64,000 nt of DNA from an uncultured Gammaproteobacteria bacterium (GTDB lineage Bacteria; Patescibacteriota; Patescibacteriia; UBA9934; GWF2-40-263), in contig CAYOCD010000002.1 of assembly GCA_964402425.1 (NCBI GenBank), positions 27,612 through 91,611 on the forward strand. Reading direction: 5' to 3'. Under the pieces are notes generated by a model that was given only the letters and a program-made list of their open reading frames with translations, made no database searches and was not told the origin of the DNA. Of this stretch, positions 1 through 9,871 are shown piece after piece. A program made the position numbers and the translations under genes. Every line of letters begins with the position of its first letter. The first letter of the stretch is position 1.

Positions 1-213
1 TACAGGTGATTCCAACGCTCGAAATTCCTGTCAAAGCTTTGGTGATGATCGGGAGACGATGATTGATTTGATTCACCTCCCGGGAAAATACGTATTTTCC
101 TTGTTTGGTCATCTGAAACAGTGGGTCGAGAGTTTGTAGAATGTCCTCAGCGTGTGAGCGAGGAAGATGTTCATTGAGAAATGCACGCAAGCGGCCTGGC
201 ATGATTTCTGACA
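1..213 (-). CDS. hypothetical protein, partial (runs off the window start)
   Basis: Open minus-strand frame; ATG (complement) at 211-213 reads MSEIMPGRLRAFLNEHL... and stays open to position 1. No recognisable motif. Confidence 0.25.
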
Positions 214-392
214 TGCGCAACTCCTAATGTGCGCGAAAGCGCGTGTTGGTTGGAACCGTTTTTTGCATTCGCAGGAGAGAGAATACAAGCCTCTTTTGTT
301 TAAGGCATATCGTTTGTACGGGAAAATGGGTGTATTGTCAATCGTGTAGGTTCACGTTATGCTTTGCGTGTTATTTCACAAAAGGATTTCTT

Positions 393-986
393 ATGCGCCT
401 TATCTTTGCGACACATAACCCGGGAAAGCTTGCAGAAATGAAATCGATTTTCGCGGGACTTCCATTTGAGATTGAATCTGCTCATGAAGCAGGTGTTTTG
501 GATGAAGTTGTGGAAGATGGTCTTACTTTTGCAGACAATGCACACAAAAAAGCATTTGAAGTCTGTGAGGCAACAAACGTTCTTTCTCTTGCGGATGATT
601 CCGGAATTTGTATCGATGCCCTGAGCGGCGCACCAGGCGTGTTTACCGCACGCTGGGCCGGTGAGGGTGCCTCAGACGAACAACTTGTTCAGCACACACT
701 TGAACAAATGTCTGGAAAGATAGATCGAAAAGCTTCGTTTGTTTGTGTCGCCGCGCTCGTAGCTCCGGATGGCCGAACGTGGACATTTGAGGGGCGTGTC
801 GATGGGACACTCACTACGGAATCCCACGGAATCGCACGAGCAAAATTGCCGTATGACGCCATCTTTATTCCGGAAGGCGAAACGCGAACATTCGCAGAAA
901 TGCCAGAAGAGGAAAAACACGCCATGAGCCATCGCGGTCGCGCTATGCGAAACGTTCGCGCGTTCCTTGAAACCAATCAAATCTAA
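393..986 (+). CDS. rdgB: non-canonical purine NTP pyrophosphatase (RdgB/Ham1, dITP/XTP pyrophosphatase)
   Basis: ORF 243..986; conserved family N-terminus begins at the internal Met MRLIFATHNPGKLAEM (ATG 393). Ham1 hallmarks present: ATHNxGK, DDSGI, SHRG near the C-terminus. Confidence 0.8.
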   Translation: MRLIFATHNPGKLAEMKSIFAGLPFEIESAHEAGVLDEVVEDGLTFADNAHKKAFEVCEATNVLSLADDSGICIDALSGAPGVFTARWAGEGASDEQLVQHTLEQMSGKIDRKASFVCVAALVAPDGRTWTFEGRVDGTLTTESHGIARAKLPYDAIFIPEGETRTFAEMPEEEKHAMSHRGRAMRNVRAFLETNQI

Positions 987-988
987 AA

Positions 989-1012
989 CCGAGCACAAGG
1001 CTCGGTTTTTTT
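989..1012. terminator. rho-independent terminator shared by the convergent rdgB and glyA
   Basis: ccgagc-acaa-gctcgg hairpin followed by ttttttt immediately after the rdgB stop; an A-run on the other side serves the minus-strand gene. Confidence 0.5.
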
Positions 1013-1023
1013 GTTTACCAGAT

Positions 1024-2268
1024 TTATGTGTATTTGAGTTCAGGGTACAGAGGAAAACGTTTTGTGAGTTCTTTAATTTTTGCTCGGAGACCATCAAGAT
1101 ATTCTGCGTTTTCACGATGGGTGATTGCCTCATCTATCAACGCTGCGATTTGTTTCATTTCTTCTTCTTTCATTCCTCGTGTTGTGATTGCAGGAGTTCC
1201 GAGTCGAATTCCTGATGGGTCGAATGGGGAACGAGGGTCGTCCGGAATCATGTTTTTGTTGACGGTGATTCCGACCATGTCGAGAGCTTTCTCTGCCTCA
1301 CCTCCAGTGACACCCTTCGAAGAGACGTCGATCAGTAATAAATGATTATCTGTTCCACCGAACATAAGGCGATATCCTTTTGAACGTAATTCTTGCTCAA
1401 GAATTTTTGCGTTTAAGCGAATTTGTTTTGCGTACGTTTTGAATTCGGGTTGAAGGGCTTCAAGAAGCGCTACGGCTTTTGCTGCGATGACGTTCTCATG
1501 TGGACCACCTTGCAAACCAGGGAACACAGCCTTGTCGATTGCTTTTGCATGGATTGCTTTACACATGATCATGCCACCGCGTGGACCTCGCAAGGTTTTG
1601 TGTGTAGTGGTTGTGACGATGTCAAAAAGGGGAACGGGATTGTTCATTTCGCCGCCTGCGATGAGTCCTGCGATATGAGCGATGTCTGCCATGGTGAGTG
1701 CACCGACTTCATCTGCGATTGTTTTGATGCGCGCGTAATCGATCTCTCTTGAATAGGCAGAATACCCAACCAAGATGAGTTTGGGTTTGTACTCGCGCGC
1801 CATGCGTTCGATTTCTTCGTAATCGATCAGGCCTTCTGTTGTTGTTTTGTAACGAATGAAGTTGTAAATCTTTGCAGAAAATGTAACAGGATGTCCGTGT
1901 GTTAAGTGTCCTCCATGCGAGAGATCCATTCCGAGAACCGTGTCACCCGGTGAGAGAACGGCCGAATACGCCGCAAGGTTTGCGGGGGCTCCTGAAAGTG
2001 GCTGGACGTTTACATGCTCAGCACCAAACAATTGTTTTGCGCGATCGATTGCGAGTTGCTCGATTACATCAATTTCCTGACATCCGCCGTAATAGCGTTT
2101 ACCTGGCAATCCTTCTGCATATTTGTTTGTGGCAATTGAACCAAGTGCCTCCAAAACAGCACGGGACACAAAGTTTTCTGAAGGAATCATCTCAAGTCCT
2201 TCTTCTTCACGGTAAAGTTCTTTTTGTAGGGCGTGCGCGACCTCAGGGTCTTGTTTTGCTATAAACAT
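1024..2268 (-). CDS. glyA: serine hydroxymethyltransferase
   Basis: ORF 1024..2355. SHMT motifs: [44 protein letters not shown] (PLP lysine region). The conserved N-terminus aligns from the internal Met [10 protein letters not shown] (ATG complement 2266-2268). Confidence 0.9.
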   Translation of the reverse strand: MFIAKQDPEVAHALQKELYREEEGLEMIPSENFVSRAVLEALGSIATNKYAEGLPGKRYYGGCQEIDVIEQLAIDRAKQLFGAEHVNVQPLSGAPANLAAYSAVLSPGDTVLGMDLSHGGHLTHGHPVTFSAKIYNFIRYKTTTEGLIDYEEIERMAREYKPKLILVGYSAYSREIDYARIKTIADEVGALTMADIAHIAGLIAGGEMNNPVPLFDIVTTTTHKTLRGPRGGMIMCKAIHAKAIDKAVFPGLQGGPHENVIAAKAVALLEALQPEFKTYAKQIRLNAKILEQELRSKGYRLMFGGTDNHLLLIDVSSKGVTGGEAEKALDMVGITVNKNMIPDDPRSPFDPSGIRLGTPAITTRGMKEEEMKQIAALIDEAITHRENAEYLDGLRAKIKELTKRFPLYPELKYT

Positions 2269-2422
2269 AGGAGAAAAATGAGTCAGAAAAAAAAGACAAA
2301 GGAAAGCATATTTTGCGTTTGCATTGTACGTGACGGGGAATCGATTGACAAACATCCGATTAATCGATAGGTTGAAGTATCATTCAAAACATTTTGGGTG
2401 ATATTAAAGTGGTAGGTGGCAC

Positions 2423-3142
2423 ATGAAAAACAGCTTTTCACACCGAAGAATTCAAGGCGAATTTTTTCGTGGAACGGTAGAGACTCTCACGCGCATTCCA
2501 ATGCGCACGAAAGCCGAACACGTTCCAGAGCTCTTTGCTGCGAGTGATCGGACTTCTTTGTCTGATAAAAGTCGATCAGGAAAAGTGGAGGAAGTAAATC
2601 CTTCCTGCGGTGAAAAAGCTAGAAAAGAACGACTTTCCGTTTTTGGAAAGAATCAAACGATTCAGAAGACATGGCTCGCCCCAAACGGATTTTCTCTTGC
2701 GCAACTTATCTGGTGCGCAGATCGCAGAATCTGGCTTGTGGTTGTTCGCGGTCGTGTTGTTTTCGAGAGTGAATCATGTCTCTTTGAGAATGATATCGTA
2801 TGGTCGGAAAATAGCACGTACTTTGGCATTCACATCCACACGAACGACGATCTCTATCAGGGTGCATACATTCTGATCTCGGATGGGATCAAAACGGAAA
2901 CGTGCGAAATACCCAAAGGGATGTTCCTACGTGAATTCCTTATTGATTGTCATGGGGAACTAGCTGCGTGGATTTTGGATGACGGTGAGCAATGCTCCCC
3001 CCAAATTTACGAACGTCGTTTCGAAAATTTTTCCATGGCATGGGATCTTCAATGGTCACGTTTTGGAAGCGTTTCATTCAAAGCCGTAGACGGCAATGAA
3101 GTTCTTTCCATCACAGACGAAACAGAAGTTGTCTCTCACTAG
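2423..3142 (+). CDS. hypothetical protein
   Basis: 239-aa ORF with no recognisable motif. Divergent from glyA; sigma70-like elements lie in the 2269-2422 spacer. Confidence 0.4.
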   Translation: MKNSFSHRRIQGEFFRGTVETLTRIPMRTKAEHVPELFAASDRTSLSDKSRSGKVEEVNPSCGEKARKERLSVFGKNQTIQKTWLAPNGFSLAQLIWCADRRIWLVVVRGRVVFESESCLFENDIVWSENSTYFGIHIHTNDDLYQGAYILISDGIKTETCEIPKGMFLREFLIDCHGELAAWILDDGEQCSPQIYERRFENFSMAWDLQWSRFGSVSFKAVDGNEVLSITDETEVVSH

Positions 3143-3238
3143 GGTTTCCCTGGTGTTTTTTTTATCACGTCGCTCGCGAGTGACGCGGTTTATTCTCCTC
3201 TGGTTTCTTTTAGGTTCTTTTGTTATCCTTTCCTTATT

Positions 3239-4597
3239 ATGTTGCTCGAAAAAAACTATTTTCATTTTGTTGGAATCGGCGGAATCGGCATGTCCGCCCT
3301 TGCCAAGTTTTTGGTATCGAAAGAAAAACACGTCACAGGGTCAGACGTCCATGATTCTGAGATGGTTCAAGACCTGAATAAAAAAGGTATTCAAGTAAAT
3401 ATCGGTCATGACACCTCGCATGTTCTCGATGGTGTCGAGGTTGTGATTTATTCGTCTGCTATTCCTTCTACCAATCCAGAAAGAATCACCGCTCGCGAAC
3501 GAGGAATTCCTGAGGTTTCTTACGCCCAGTTCCTTGGCGAAGTTTCAAAGAATTTTTCAACGATTGTTGTAACAGGGACGCATGGTAAAAGTACAACAAC
3601 AGCACTGCTTGGACTTATGCTCGAGTCAGCTGGTTATGATCCAACTGTACTTGTCGGATCCTTTGTTCCAACATTTCCCGATAAGAACTTACGCATTGGC
3701 AAAGGCAGATTCTTTGTTGTTGAAGGATGTGAGTATCAAGCAAACATGTTGAACTTACACCCCGAGATGATTGTGCTTACAAACATTGAAGAAGACCACC
3801 TCGACTACTATCGTGACATCAATCACATCAGAGACACATTCCAAATTTTCGCTGATAAATTGATTGGCAAAGGAATGATGGTGATGAACGCAGATGATGC
3901 TGAATCCATGAAATTAAAGGTAGAGCGGCCTATTACGTATGGATACGAAAACAATGCGGACTATAACGCTTTAGATCGATTGACAGAAAAAGGTGAACAG
4001 ACGTTTTCGGTTCGACGAGAAGAGGTGATTGGTAGATTAAAGTTGATTATTCCTGGAACGCACAATGTCATGAACGCAATTGCGGCAACGGCGGCTGCAA
4101 TGGAACTTGGTGTTCCTTTCGAAACGTGTGCAAGAGTTCTTGAAACATTCCCAGGAATCTGGCGCAGGTTTGAACGTGTTGGAACATGGCGAGAAGCAGA
4201 CGTTATTTCAGACTATGGTCATCATCCAACCGCGGTGGAGAAAACTGTCAGCGCCGCACGCGAGTTTTTCCCAGGCCGAAGAATCGTGCTCTGTTTTCAG
4301 CCACACCAACACTCCCGAACGAAGTCGTTATTCGATGGATTCGTCCATGCACTTCAGCTTGCAGATGAAACAGTAGTCGCAGAAATCTATGACGTCGCCG
4401 GCAGAAACGAAGAACACGAAATGTCGTCAAGGCTGATTGTAGAGAAAATAAAAAAAGAAAACCCAGGAGCCCACGTCATGTTCTCGGCAAATTTTGACAC
4501 GGTAAGATCTGCTCTCGAGCAAGTTGTCCGATCGAATGATGTGTTGATAGTGATGGGAGCGGGGGATATTGATTGTATTGCGCGGGAGATTTGTTAA
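3239..4597 (+). CDS. murC: UDP-N-acetylmuramate--L-alanine ligase
   Basis: N-terminal Rossmann motif FVGIGGIGMSALA, Mur ligase P-loop TGTHGKSTTTALL, 452 aa. Confidence 0.85.
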   Translation: MLLEKNYFHFVGIGGIGMSALAKFLVSKEKHVTGSDVHDSEMVQDLNKKGIQVNIGHDTSHVLDGVEVVIYSSAIPSTNPERITARERGIPEVSYAQFLGEVSKNFSTIVVTGTHGKSTTTALLGLMLESAGYDPTVLVGSFVPTFPDKNLRIGKGRFFVVEGCEYQANMLNLHPEMIVLTNIEEDHLDYYRDINHIRDTFQIFADKLIGKGMMVMNADDAESMKLKVERPITYGYENNADYNALDRLTEKGEQTFSVRREEVIGRLKLIIPGTHNVMNAIAATAAAMELGVPFETCARVLETFPGIWRRFERVGTWREADVISDYGHHPTAVEKTVSAAREFFPGRRIVLCFQPHQHSRTKSLFDGFVHALQLADETVVAEIYDVAGRNEEHEMSSRLIVEKIKKENPGAHVMFSANFDTVRSALEQVVRSNDVLIVMGAGDIDCIAREIC

Positions 4598-4615
4598 AAA
4601 CTCTTTCGTTTTTCA

Positions 4616-5629
4616 GTGTTGTTTGTTTTGTCGTACCTCATTATGTTTGACATTTTCGAAAAAAACGTGCATAAACTTCGGTCTGCTTTAAAATACGGCT
4701 GCAGACCCGCAGGAGAAAATACAGTGAACATTCCAGAACCTGTTTACGTACGTGATCTGTTTGGTGGTAAGGCTACCATCATTGTCTTTGGCGCTCCGTT
4801 CAACTGGAACTACGCCGGCGCGTCTCGTGAAGAGATGGAGATAAAGAATCCAGGCATTACGAGTGTGATCGAAGAAGTCGTGCGAAAGTACGGCATCAAG
4901 CGTGCGTTTGTGCCGAAGCCAGCGTTTAATGCGAAAGTTGTTAAAGATGCAGATCTTCCGAATGAACTACTCCCGAACTTTTTTCGTGGAGCAGATGCTG
5001 ATGGTGTGATTCTTAAAAAATCTGGTGATGCCTATTTTCTTGCTTCGGCGGATTGTTTGGGTGTTGCAATCTTCGACGATCGGACGAATTCACTTGCGGC
5101 ACTTCACTGCGGGCGTGATGCCGTCATTGATCGTAAACGTATTCTTGAGGGAGACGATGCGCGTCGAAAGGATTTTTCCGTGATCAATGCTGCGATAGGC
5201 GAACTTGATGTGTTGGCAGAACATAAGACTTCCGCTGATCGTCACAGTCTTGCAAATCTTGGCTTTGCGTCTGGTCCTCAGGACGAGGTTCCTCTCTGTG
5301 AGATTCACGATTCTATTCAGGTGTATCTTGCTGCTGGCATTCGGCCTGAGACATTTGATCATCCGACAATGGATCATCTGTATGCTTCTGCGAACAAGAC
5401 CATGATTGATCATCTGGTCGCACTTCCGGACGTAGTGACAAATCCGCAGTCAGGAACCATTGATCTGTTCGCTCTTGTTCGTCACCAACTTGGTGCGTAT
5501 AGGGTTAAGAACATTCAGGAAGACGAATTCGACACCGCAACATCGAAAGATACGGACGGGAATCTCTTGTTTCACTCGAATCGTCGTGACAAAGTGAAGC
5601 GAAACCTCGTTATCATCAAGCTCAACTAA
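4616..5629 (+). CDS. YfiH/PgeF-like (DUF152, LACC1-type) protein; possible peptidoglycan editing factor
   Basis: Segment SADCLGVAIFDDRTNSLAALHCGRDA aligns to the YfiH core TADCLPVLF....AAAHAGWRG (Cys/His metal site). The true start may be the internal Met at 4643. It lies 19 nt after murC. Confidence 0.45.
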   Translation: MLFVLSYLIMFDIFEKNVHKLRSALKYGCRPAGENTVNIPEPVYVRDLFGGKATIIVFGAPFNWNYAGASREEMEIKNPGITSVIEEVVRKYGIKRAFVPKPAFNAKVVKDADLPNELLPNFFRGADADGVILKKSGDAYFLASADCLGVAIFDDRTNSLAALHCGRDAVIDRKRILEGDDARRKDFSVINAAIGELDVLAEHKTSADRHSLANLGFASGPQDEVPLCEIHDSIQVYLAAGIRPETFDHPTMDHLYASANKTMIDHLVALPDVVTNPQSGTIDLFALVRHQLGAYRVKNIQEDEFDTATSKDTDGNLLFHSNRRDKVKRNLVIIKLN

Positions 5630-5630
5630 T

Positions 5631-5653
5631 CGACCCAAAGTGGGTCTTTTTTG
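5631..5653 (+). terminator. rho-independent terminator
   Basis: gaccca-aag-tgggtc hairpin plus tttttt right after the stop at 5629. Confidence 0.6.
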
Positions 5654-5788
5654 TTTGTAAAGCATAATCCCTCATGGTCAGGTGAGGGGGGATGTGTATT
5701 GTATTGACGGATATGATTTTTTCTGCTAAAAAGATGAGCACACTTTTTTGTGCTCATTGCTCTGAAACATGGGGTTTTAGAGTGAGTA

Positions 5789-7540
5789 ATGGAGGCAAAC
5801 GTGAATCTGTCCAATTGTTCTTTTGCGAGACATGGATTTTTTGCCATCTTGTTGTCCGCTTGTTCAGACGACACTCTGACACCAGATCCGACTCTTCACT
5901 CGACAATCGTTGATGGTCAAAAAATGGATTCAGGGTCAGAACAAGACATTACACCAGATGTAGATGTGCCAGACGCGTCTGAAGTCCAAGAGGTTGATCA
6001 GTCTGTTGATACGACGTCCGACGTTTTTGTCTGCAAAGACAATGCTTCGTGTGACACGAAAAATCCTTGCACACAAGATTGGTGTAATCTTGGGACGGGT
6101 GAGTGCCAATACACACCTCTTCCAGACAAGGTTTGTACGGACGGTGATGCGTGCACAGTGAATGATATCTGTACTTCTTCCGGCCAGTGCATTGGCGCAA
6201 AGCAGGTGGTGTGTAATGACAACAGTCCTTGCACAAAAGATTCTTGCAAACAGTTGTCTGGCTGCGATTATGAAGCCGTAGACGCGATTTGTTCGGATGG
6301 AGATGTGTGTACCAAGAATGATTCTTGTGTGGCGGGTCTCTGTCTTGGGACGAAATTTGTCTGTGATGATGGTCTTGATTGCACGGAAGATTCTTGCGAC
6401 AAGAACTTGGGTTGTTCAACAGTGAAGCTGAACAATTTACCTTGCAATGACAACTCTGCCTGCACGATCAATGATCTGTGTGATAAGGGATTTTGCAAAG
6501 GAGCGAGCATTAATTGCTCGGACGCAAATCCTTGCACGCAAGATGTGTGTGATAAGGTTTCGGGATGTTTTTCAGCACCCACCTCAAACGGTTCCAAGTG
6601 TACTGACGGAAACGCCTGCACGATCAATGACAATTGCAAGGATTCCGTATGTATCAGCGGTTCCCAAAAGAACTGTGATGACAGCAGTGTTTGTACAAAC
6701 GATTCGTGCGATGCAGCAACGGGGGAGTGTCTCCATATCGCGGTTGTTGGTGTGCACTATTGCGTTGATAACAACGCTTGCACATACGATGATACGTGCA
6801 AACTTGGTGTCTGCACGGGAAAGATTCTTCAGTGCTACGACGGTCTTGATTGCACGCAAGATTCTTGCGACAAAGGAACGGGATGTTCCTTCATGATTCA
6901 AGACAAGGCGCCTTGTAATGATGGGAACGCTTGTACAATTGGTGACACTTGTGCAAAAGATAAGTGTTTTGGAAATGTAAAAACCTGTGAAGACAACAAC
7001 GACTGTACGATCGATACGTGTGATCCGGCCGTTGGTACATGTAATTTCACAGCAAATGACGGCTATTATTGTAGTGATGTGAACGCCTGTACATCAGGTG
7101 ATGTCTGCAAAGGGACAAAATGTGTCGGTGTTACCATCATCTGCAACGATGGAAATCCTTGCACATCCGATAGTTGCAATCAAAAGACAGGCTGTGTTTT
7201 CTTGCCGACACCAAATGCGCCGTGTGATGATGCAAATCTTTGTTCGACAGACGACATCTGTCAGCAGACGGTATGCAAATCAAAACCGGTTGTGTGTGAT
7301 GATGGAAATACTTGTTCGACGGATACGTGCAATAAGTCGACAGGAAAGTGTGAATTCAAAATCTTTAATGACAGTTATTCCTGCAATGATGGGGATCTCT
7401 GTACAACCGCTGATGTGTGTCTATTCGGCGAGTGCAAGGGGTCGATTAATATGTGTAACGATAACAACCCCTGCACAATCGATGCGTGCAACCCGAAGGA
7501 TGGAAAGTGCGCAAACACAAAAGTCCCCAATTGCATCTGA
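5789..7540 (+). CDS. secreted lipoprotein built from about 19 tandem Cys-rich repeats (C-x-D-G/N-x-C-T-x-D-x-C-x3-5-G-x-C)
   Basis: N-terminus has a signal peptide with an LLSAC lipobox; the rest is repeated units such as CTDGDACTVNDICTSSGQC and CNDGNPCTSDSCNQKTGC. High Cys/Asp/Asn/Thr content and no TM segments. Confidence 0.7.
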   Translation: MEANVNLSNCSFARHGFFAILLSACSDDTLTPDPTLHSTIVDGQKMDSGSEQDITPDVDVPDASEVQEVDQSVDTTSDVFVCKDNASCDTKNPCTQDWCNLGTGECQYTPLPDKVCTDGDACTVNDICTSSGQCIGAKQVVCNDNSPCTKDSCKQLSGCDYEAVDAICSDGDVCTKNDSCVAGLCLGTKFVCDDGLDCTEDSCDKNLGCSTVKLNNLPCNDNSACTINDLCDKGFCKGASINCSDANPCTQDVCDKVSGCFSAPTSNGSKCTDGNACTINDNCKDSVCISGSQKNCDDSSVCTNDSCDAATGECLHIAVVGVHYCVDNNACTYDDTCKLGVCTGKILQCYDGLDCTQDSCDKGTGCSFMIQDKAPCNDGNACTIGDTCAKDKCFGNVKTCEDNNDCTIDTCDPAVGTCNFTANDGYYCSDVNACTSGDVCKGTKCVGVTIICNDGNPCTSDSCNQKTGCVFLPTPNAPCDDANLCSTDDICQQTVCKSKPVVCDDGNTCSTDTCNKSTGKCEFKIFNDSYSCNDGDLCTTADVCLFGECKGSINMCNDNNPCTIDACNPKDGKCANTKVPNCI

Positions 7541-7552
7541 ACGTCTTCTTTT

Positions 7553-7577
7553 CCTCTCTTCTTGAGAGGTTTTTTTA
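7553..7577 (+). terminator. rho-independent terminator
   Basis: cctctc-ttctt-gagagg hairpin followed by ttttttt after the stop at 7540. Confidence 0.5.
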
Positions 7578-7587
7578 TCTAAATATA

Positions 7588-7616
7588 TTGACAGATCGTA
7601 AAAAGATTGCTATAAA
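7588..7616 (+). promoter_or_regulatory. sigma70-like promoter for the second Cys-rich gene
   Basis: TTGACA (7588-7593), 17-nt spacer, TATAAA (7611-7616). Confidence 0.4.
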
Positions 7617-7682
7617 CAGGGGCACATCATTTTTGTGCTCAGCCCTTCAAGACACTGTTTTGAAGGTACATAAGGGGGATTC

Positions 7683-9293
7683 ATGAACGCTCTTTCCAAT
7701 CGGTTGCACGGTTCCATTATTTTTCTTGCGTTCGTTGCCGTCGCTTGTTCTCCCGAGTCTCTTGTGGAATCGACACAAGATGCTGTTGCGATGGATGAAA
7801 TGATTACAGAATCTGATGCCTTTCCTTCTGTAGACTCAGAAACATCTTTTGAAATTTCGGACACAGGATCCAGTCCAGGTGAATTTGGTTATCCCTGTGT
7901 TTCAAATGCGGATTGTAATGTTGGATATTGCACAGAAACAAGCAAAGGAAATATCTGTTCGAAAGCTTGTGTTACGGAATGTCCAGAAGATTTTGTTTGT
8001 ACAGGAGTTTCGGCGGGCGGATCCGATATCATGTTTGTCTGTCTTTCAAAGTTTGTTCGGATCTGTGATCCGTGTCACGAACACAAAGATTGCAACACAA
8101 ATGACAAGATCGGGAATCTTTGTCTGGGTGTTGGTGGAGGTGGTCGATTTTGCGGGGTGCAATGTAATCCCGCAAACGATGATAAAGATTGTCCGACCAG
8201 CTTCACGTGCAAGTTTGTGACGGATGGAAAAACGGGATTGTCTGGCAATCAATGTGTGCCATCAAAAAACGCAACATGCAGCTGCTCAACGCGTGCAATT
8301 CAACTCGCGCTTTCAACAGACTGCGAAAATAAGAATGTTTTTGGTGCTTGTTATGGACAACGCGTTTGCAAACCTGAAGGACTCACAAATTGCATAGGAC
8401 AAATTCCAGAGTCAGAAAGCTGTAATAAGCTTGATGACAACTGTGACGGGGAAATCGATAACATCGATCCGAAATCGGTTGGAGGAACCTGTCAGCAGTC
8501 CAATGAATTTGGAACATGCTTTGGTGTCATTAGTGGGTGTGACAAAGGGAATCCCATCTGTAACGCATCTGTGCCGCAACCGGAAGCTTGTAACGGTAAG
8601 GATGATGATTGTGATGGTAAAACAGATGAGGGGTTGTGCGATGACGGAAATGTTTGCACAACAGATCTCTGTAATACGGACGGCTCCTGCAAGCACATAA
8701 AAATTTCAGGAACGGCTTGTGATGACGGAAATGTTTGCACAACGTTTGAACAATGTTCATCTGGTGTTTGCATGGGTGGAACGGTGTTAAATTGTGATGA
8801 CGCCGATAGCTGCTCTGTAGATTGGTGTGATCCGTTCACAGGATGCAATCATAAACCAGCTTCAGACGTAGGATGTCTTGATGACGGCAATGTCTGTACC
8901 CAAGACGTGTGTTTGAATGGGAAATGCACACATCCGAAAGCAAAAGATGGTGGCAGCTGTCTTGATGAGGGGAACGTCTGTACAACAGATGTTTGTGACA
9001 ACGGTGAGTGTTCGCATATTTCAAATTCAAAGCCGTGTGACGACGGAAATCAATGTACGCTAAACGACTCTTGTAAAGACAAAGCATGCATCATCTCTCT
9101 GCCGAAAGTTTGCAATGATGGTAATGCCTGCACGGTTGATAGTTGCGAATCGGCAAAAGGGTGTCTCTTTAAACCAAACCCATTCTCGAGTGATGGTACG
9201 GGTGTTCCATGTCCTGACGACGGAAACGCTTGTACAGAGGATTTGTGCAAAGGCTCCATTTGCGCACATCTTCCAATTCCGGGATGTAACTAA
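7683..9293 (+). CDS. secreted Cys-rich repeat (lipo)protein, paralog of 5789..7540, with an N-terminal MopE-like CxxDDDCDG region
   Basis: Signal peptide MNALSNRLHGSIIFLAFVAVAC. The N-terminal half carries CNKLDDNCDGEIDN and CNGKDDDCDGKTDEG (putative metal-binding motif). The C-terminal half repeats CDDGNVCTTDLCNTDGSC-type units, the same repeat as the upstream gene. Confidence 0.7.
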   Translation: MNALSNRLHGSIIFLAFVAVACSPESLVESTQDAVAMDEMITESDAFPSVDSETSFEISDTGSSPGEFGYPCVSNADCNVGYCTETSKGNICSKACVTECPEDFVCTGVSAGGSDIMFVCLSKFVRICDPCHEHKDCNTNDKIGNLCLGVGGGGRFCGVQCNPANDDKDCPTSFTCKFVTDGKTGLSGNQCVPSKNATCSCSTRAIQLALSTDCENKNVFGACYGQRVCKPEGLTNCIGQIPESESCNKLDDNCDGEIDNIDPKSVGGTCQQSNEFGTCFGVISGCDKGNPICNASVPQPEACNGKDDDCDGKTDEGLCDDGNVCTTDLCNTDGSCKHIKISGTACDDGNVCTTFEQCSSGVCMGGTVLNCDDADSCSVDWCDPFTGCNHKPASDVGCLDDGNVCTQDVCLNGKCTHPKAKDGGSCLDEGNVCTTDVCDNGECSHISNSKPCDDGNQCTLNDSCKDKACIISLPKVCNDGNACTVDSCESAKGCLFKPNPFSSDGTGVPCPDDGNACTEDLCKGSICAHLPIPGCN

Positions 9294-9421
9294 ACTTAAC
9301 CATCTGATGCATATGCTAGGGTGGTCTTTTTTTTGTTAGATTGACGCTCCGTCACTCATTTGTTATCTTCGTCTTTCATTCACGAGTCATTTGTGGTTGA
9401 AGTTCATTTGAAGGAGGGGTC

Positions 9422-9796
9422 ATGCCAGACCACAGTTTTTTCCAAAACATGCATCGGTATTTTACGCGTGTGGATAGCGCCGTTGACGGGGCATACTATC
9501 TAACAAGTGATGGAAATACCCCTATTGAGGGTATGTTCATTGTGTATCAAAAGCATGTGTTTGAAATTGTCTTTGATATGAACGTGTGGCAAACAAAGAA
9601 AGGTGTTTCGTTCACAAAACTAGAATATATTCAATCTGTTGGGTTGATTCTTCTTGATCCTTCTGTGTCTCAATATATAGAAGGTTTACCAGATCTTTGT
9701 TTGAAACGTCTCCAACCAAAAGTTGGGTCCGAACTCGTTCTTCCCGAAAGGATTGTGCTGAAATATGATCCTTGGGTAACAGCTTCTTGGCCGTAA
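9422..9796 (+). CDS. hypothetical protein
   Basis: 124-aa ORF preceded by AGGAGGGG 6 nt upstream; no known motif. Confidence 0.4.
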   Translation: MPDHSFFQNMHRYFTRVDSAVDGAYYLTSDGNTPIEGMFIVYQKHVFEIVFDMNVWQTKKGVSFTKLEYIQSVGLILLDPSVSQYIEGLPDLCLKRLQPKVGSELVLPERIVLKYDPWVTASWP

Positions 9797-9806
9797 TTCA
9801 TTCTAA

Positions 9807-9832
9807 CTGAGTCTTTCTGACTCAGTTTTTTT
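9807..9832 (+). terminator. rho-independent terminator
   Basis: ctgagtc-tttct-gactcag hairpin plus ttttttt. Confidence 0.55.
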
Positions 9833-9871
9833 ATTTCCCTAGTTTTCATAAAATGCTATGATTTCTTTACT

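Noticed and set aside
1423-2264. ORFs antisense to glyA (1423..1752 +, 1899..2264 +)
   Set aside because: They lie entirely inside the well-supported glyA gene on the opposite strand.
5949-9269. Multiple 60-150-aa ORFs antisense to or out of frame with the Cys-rich genes (e.g. 6268..6639 -, 8492..8848 -)
   Set aside because: They are shadows of highly repetitive coding sequence whose sense frame has signal peptides and coherent repeats. No independent start or RBS support.
5789-9293. Possible CRISPR-like array, suggested by recurring about 27-50-nt DNA repeats
   Set aside because: The repeats are in-frame coding repeats with irregular spacing and variable length. There are no uniform spacers and no cas genes.
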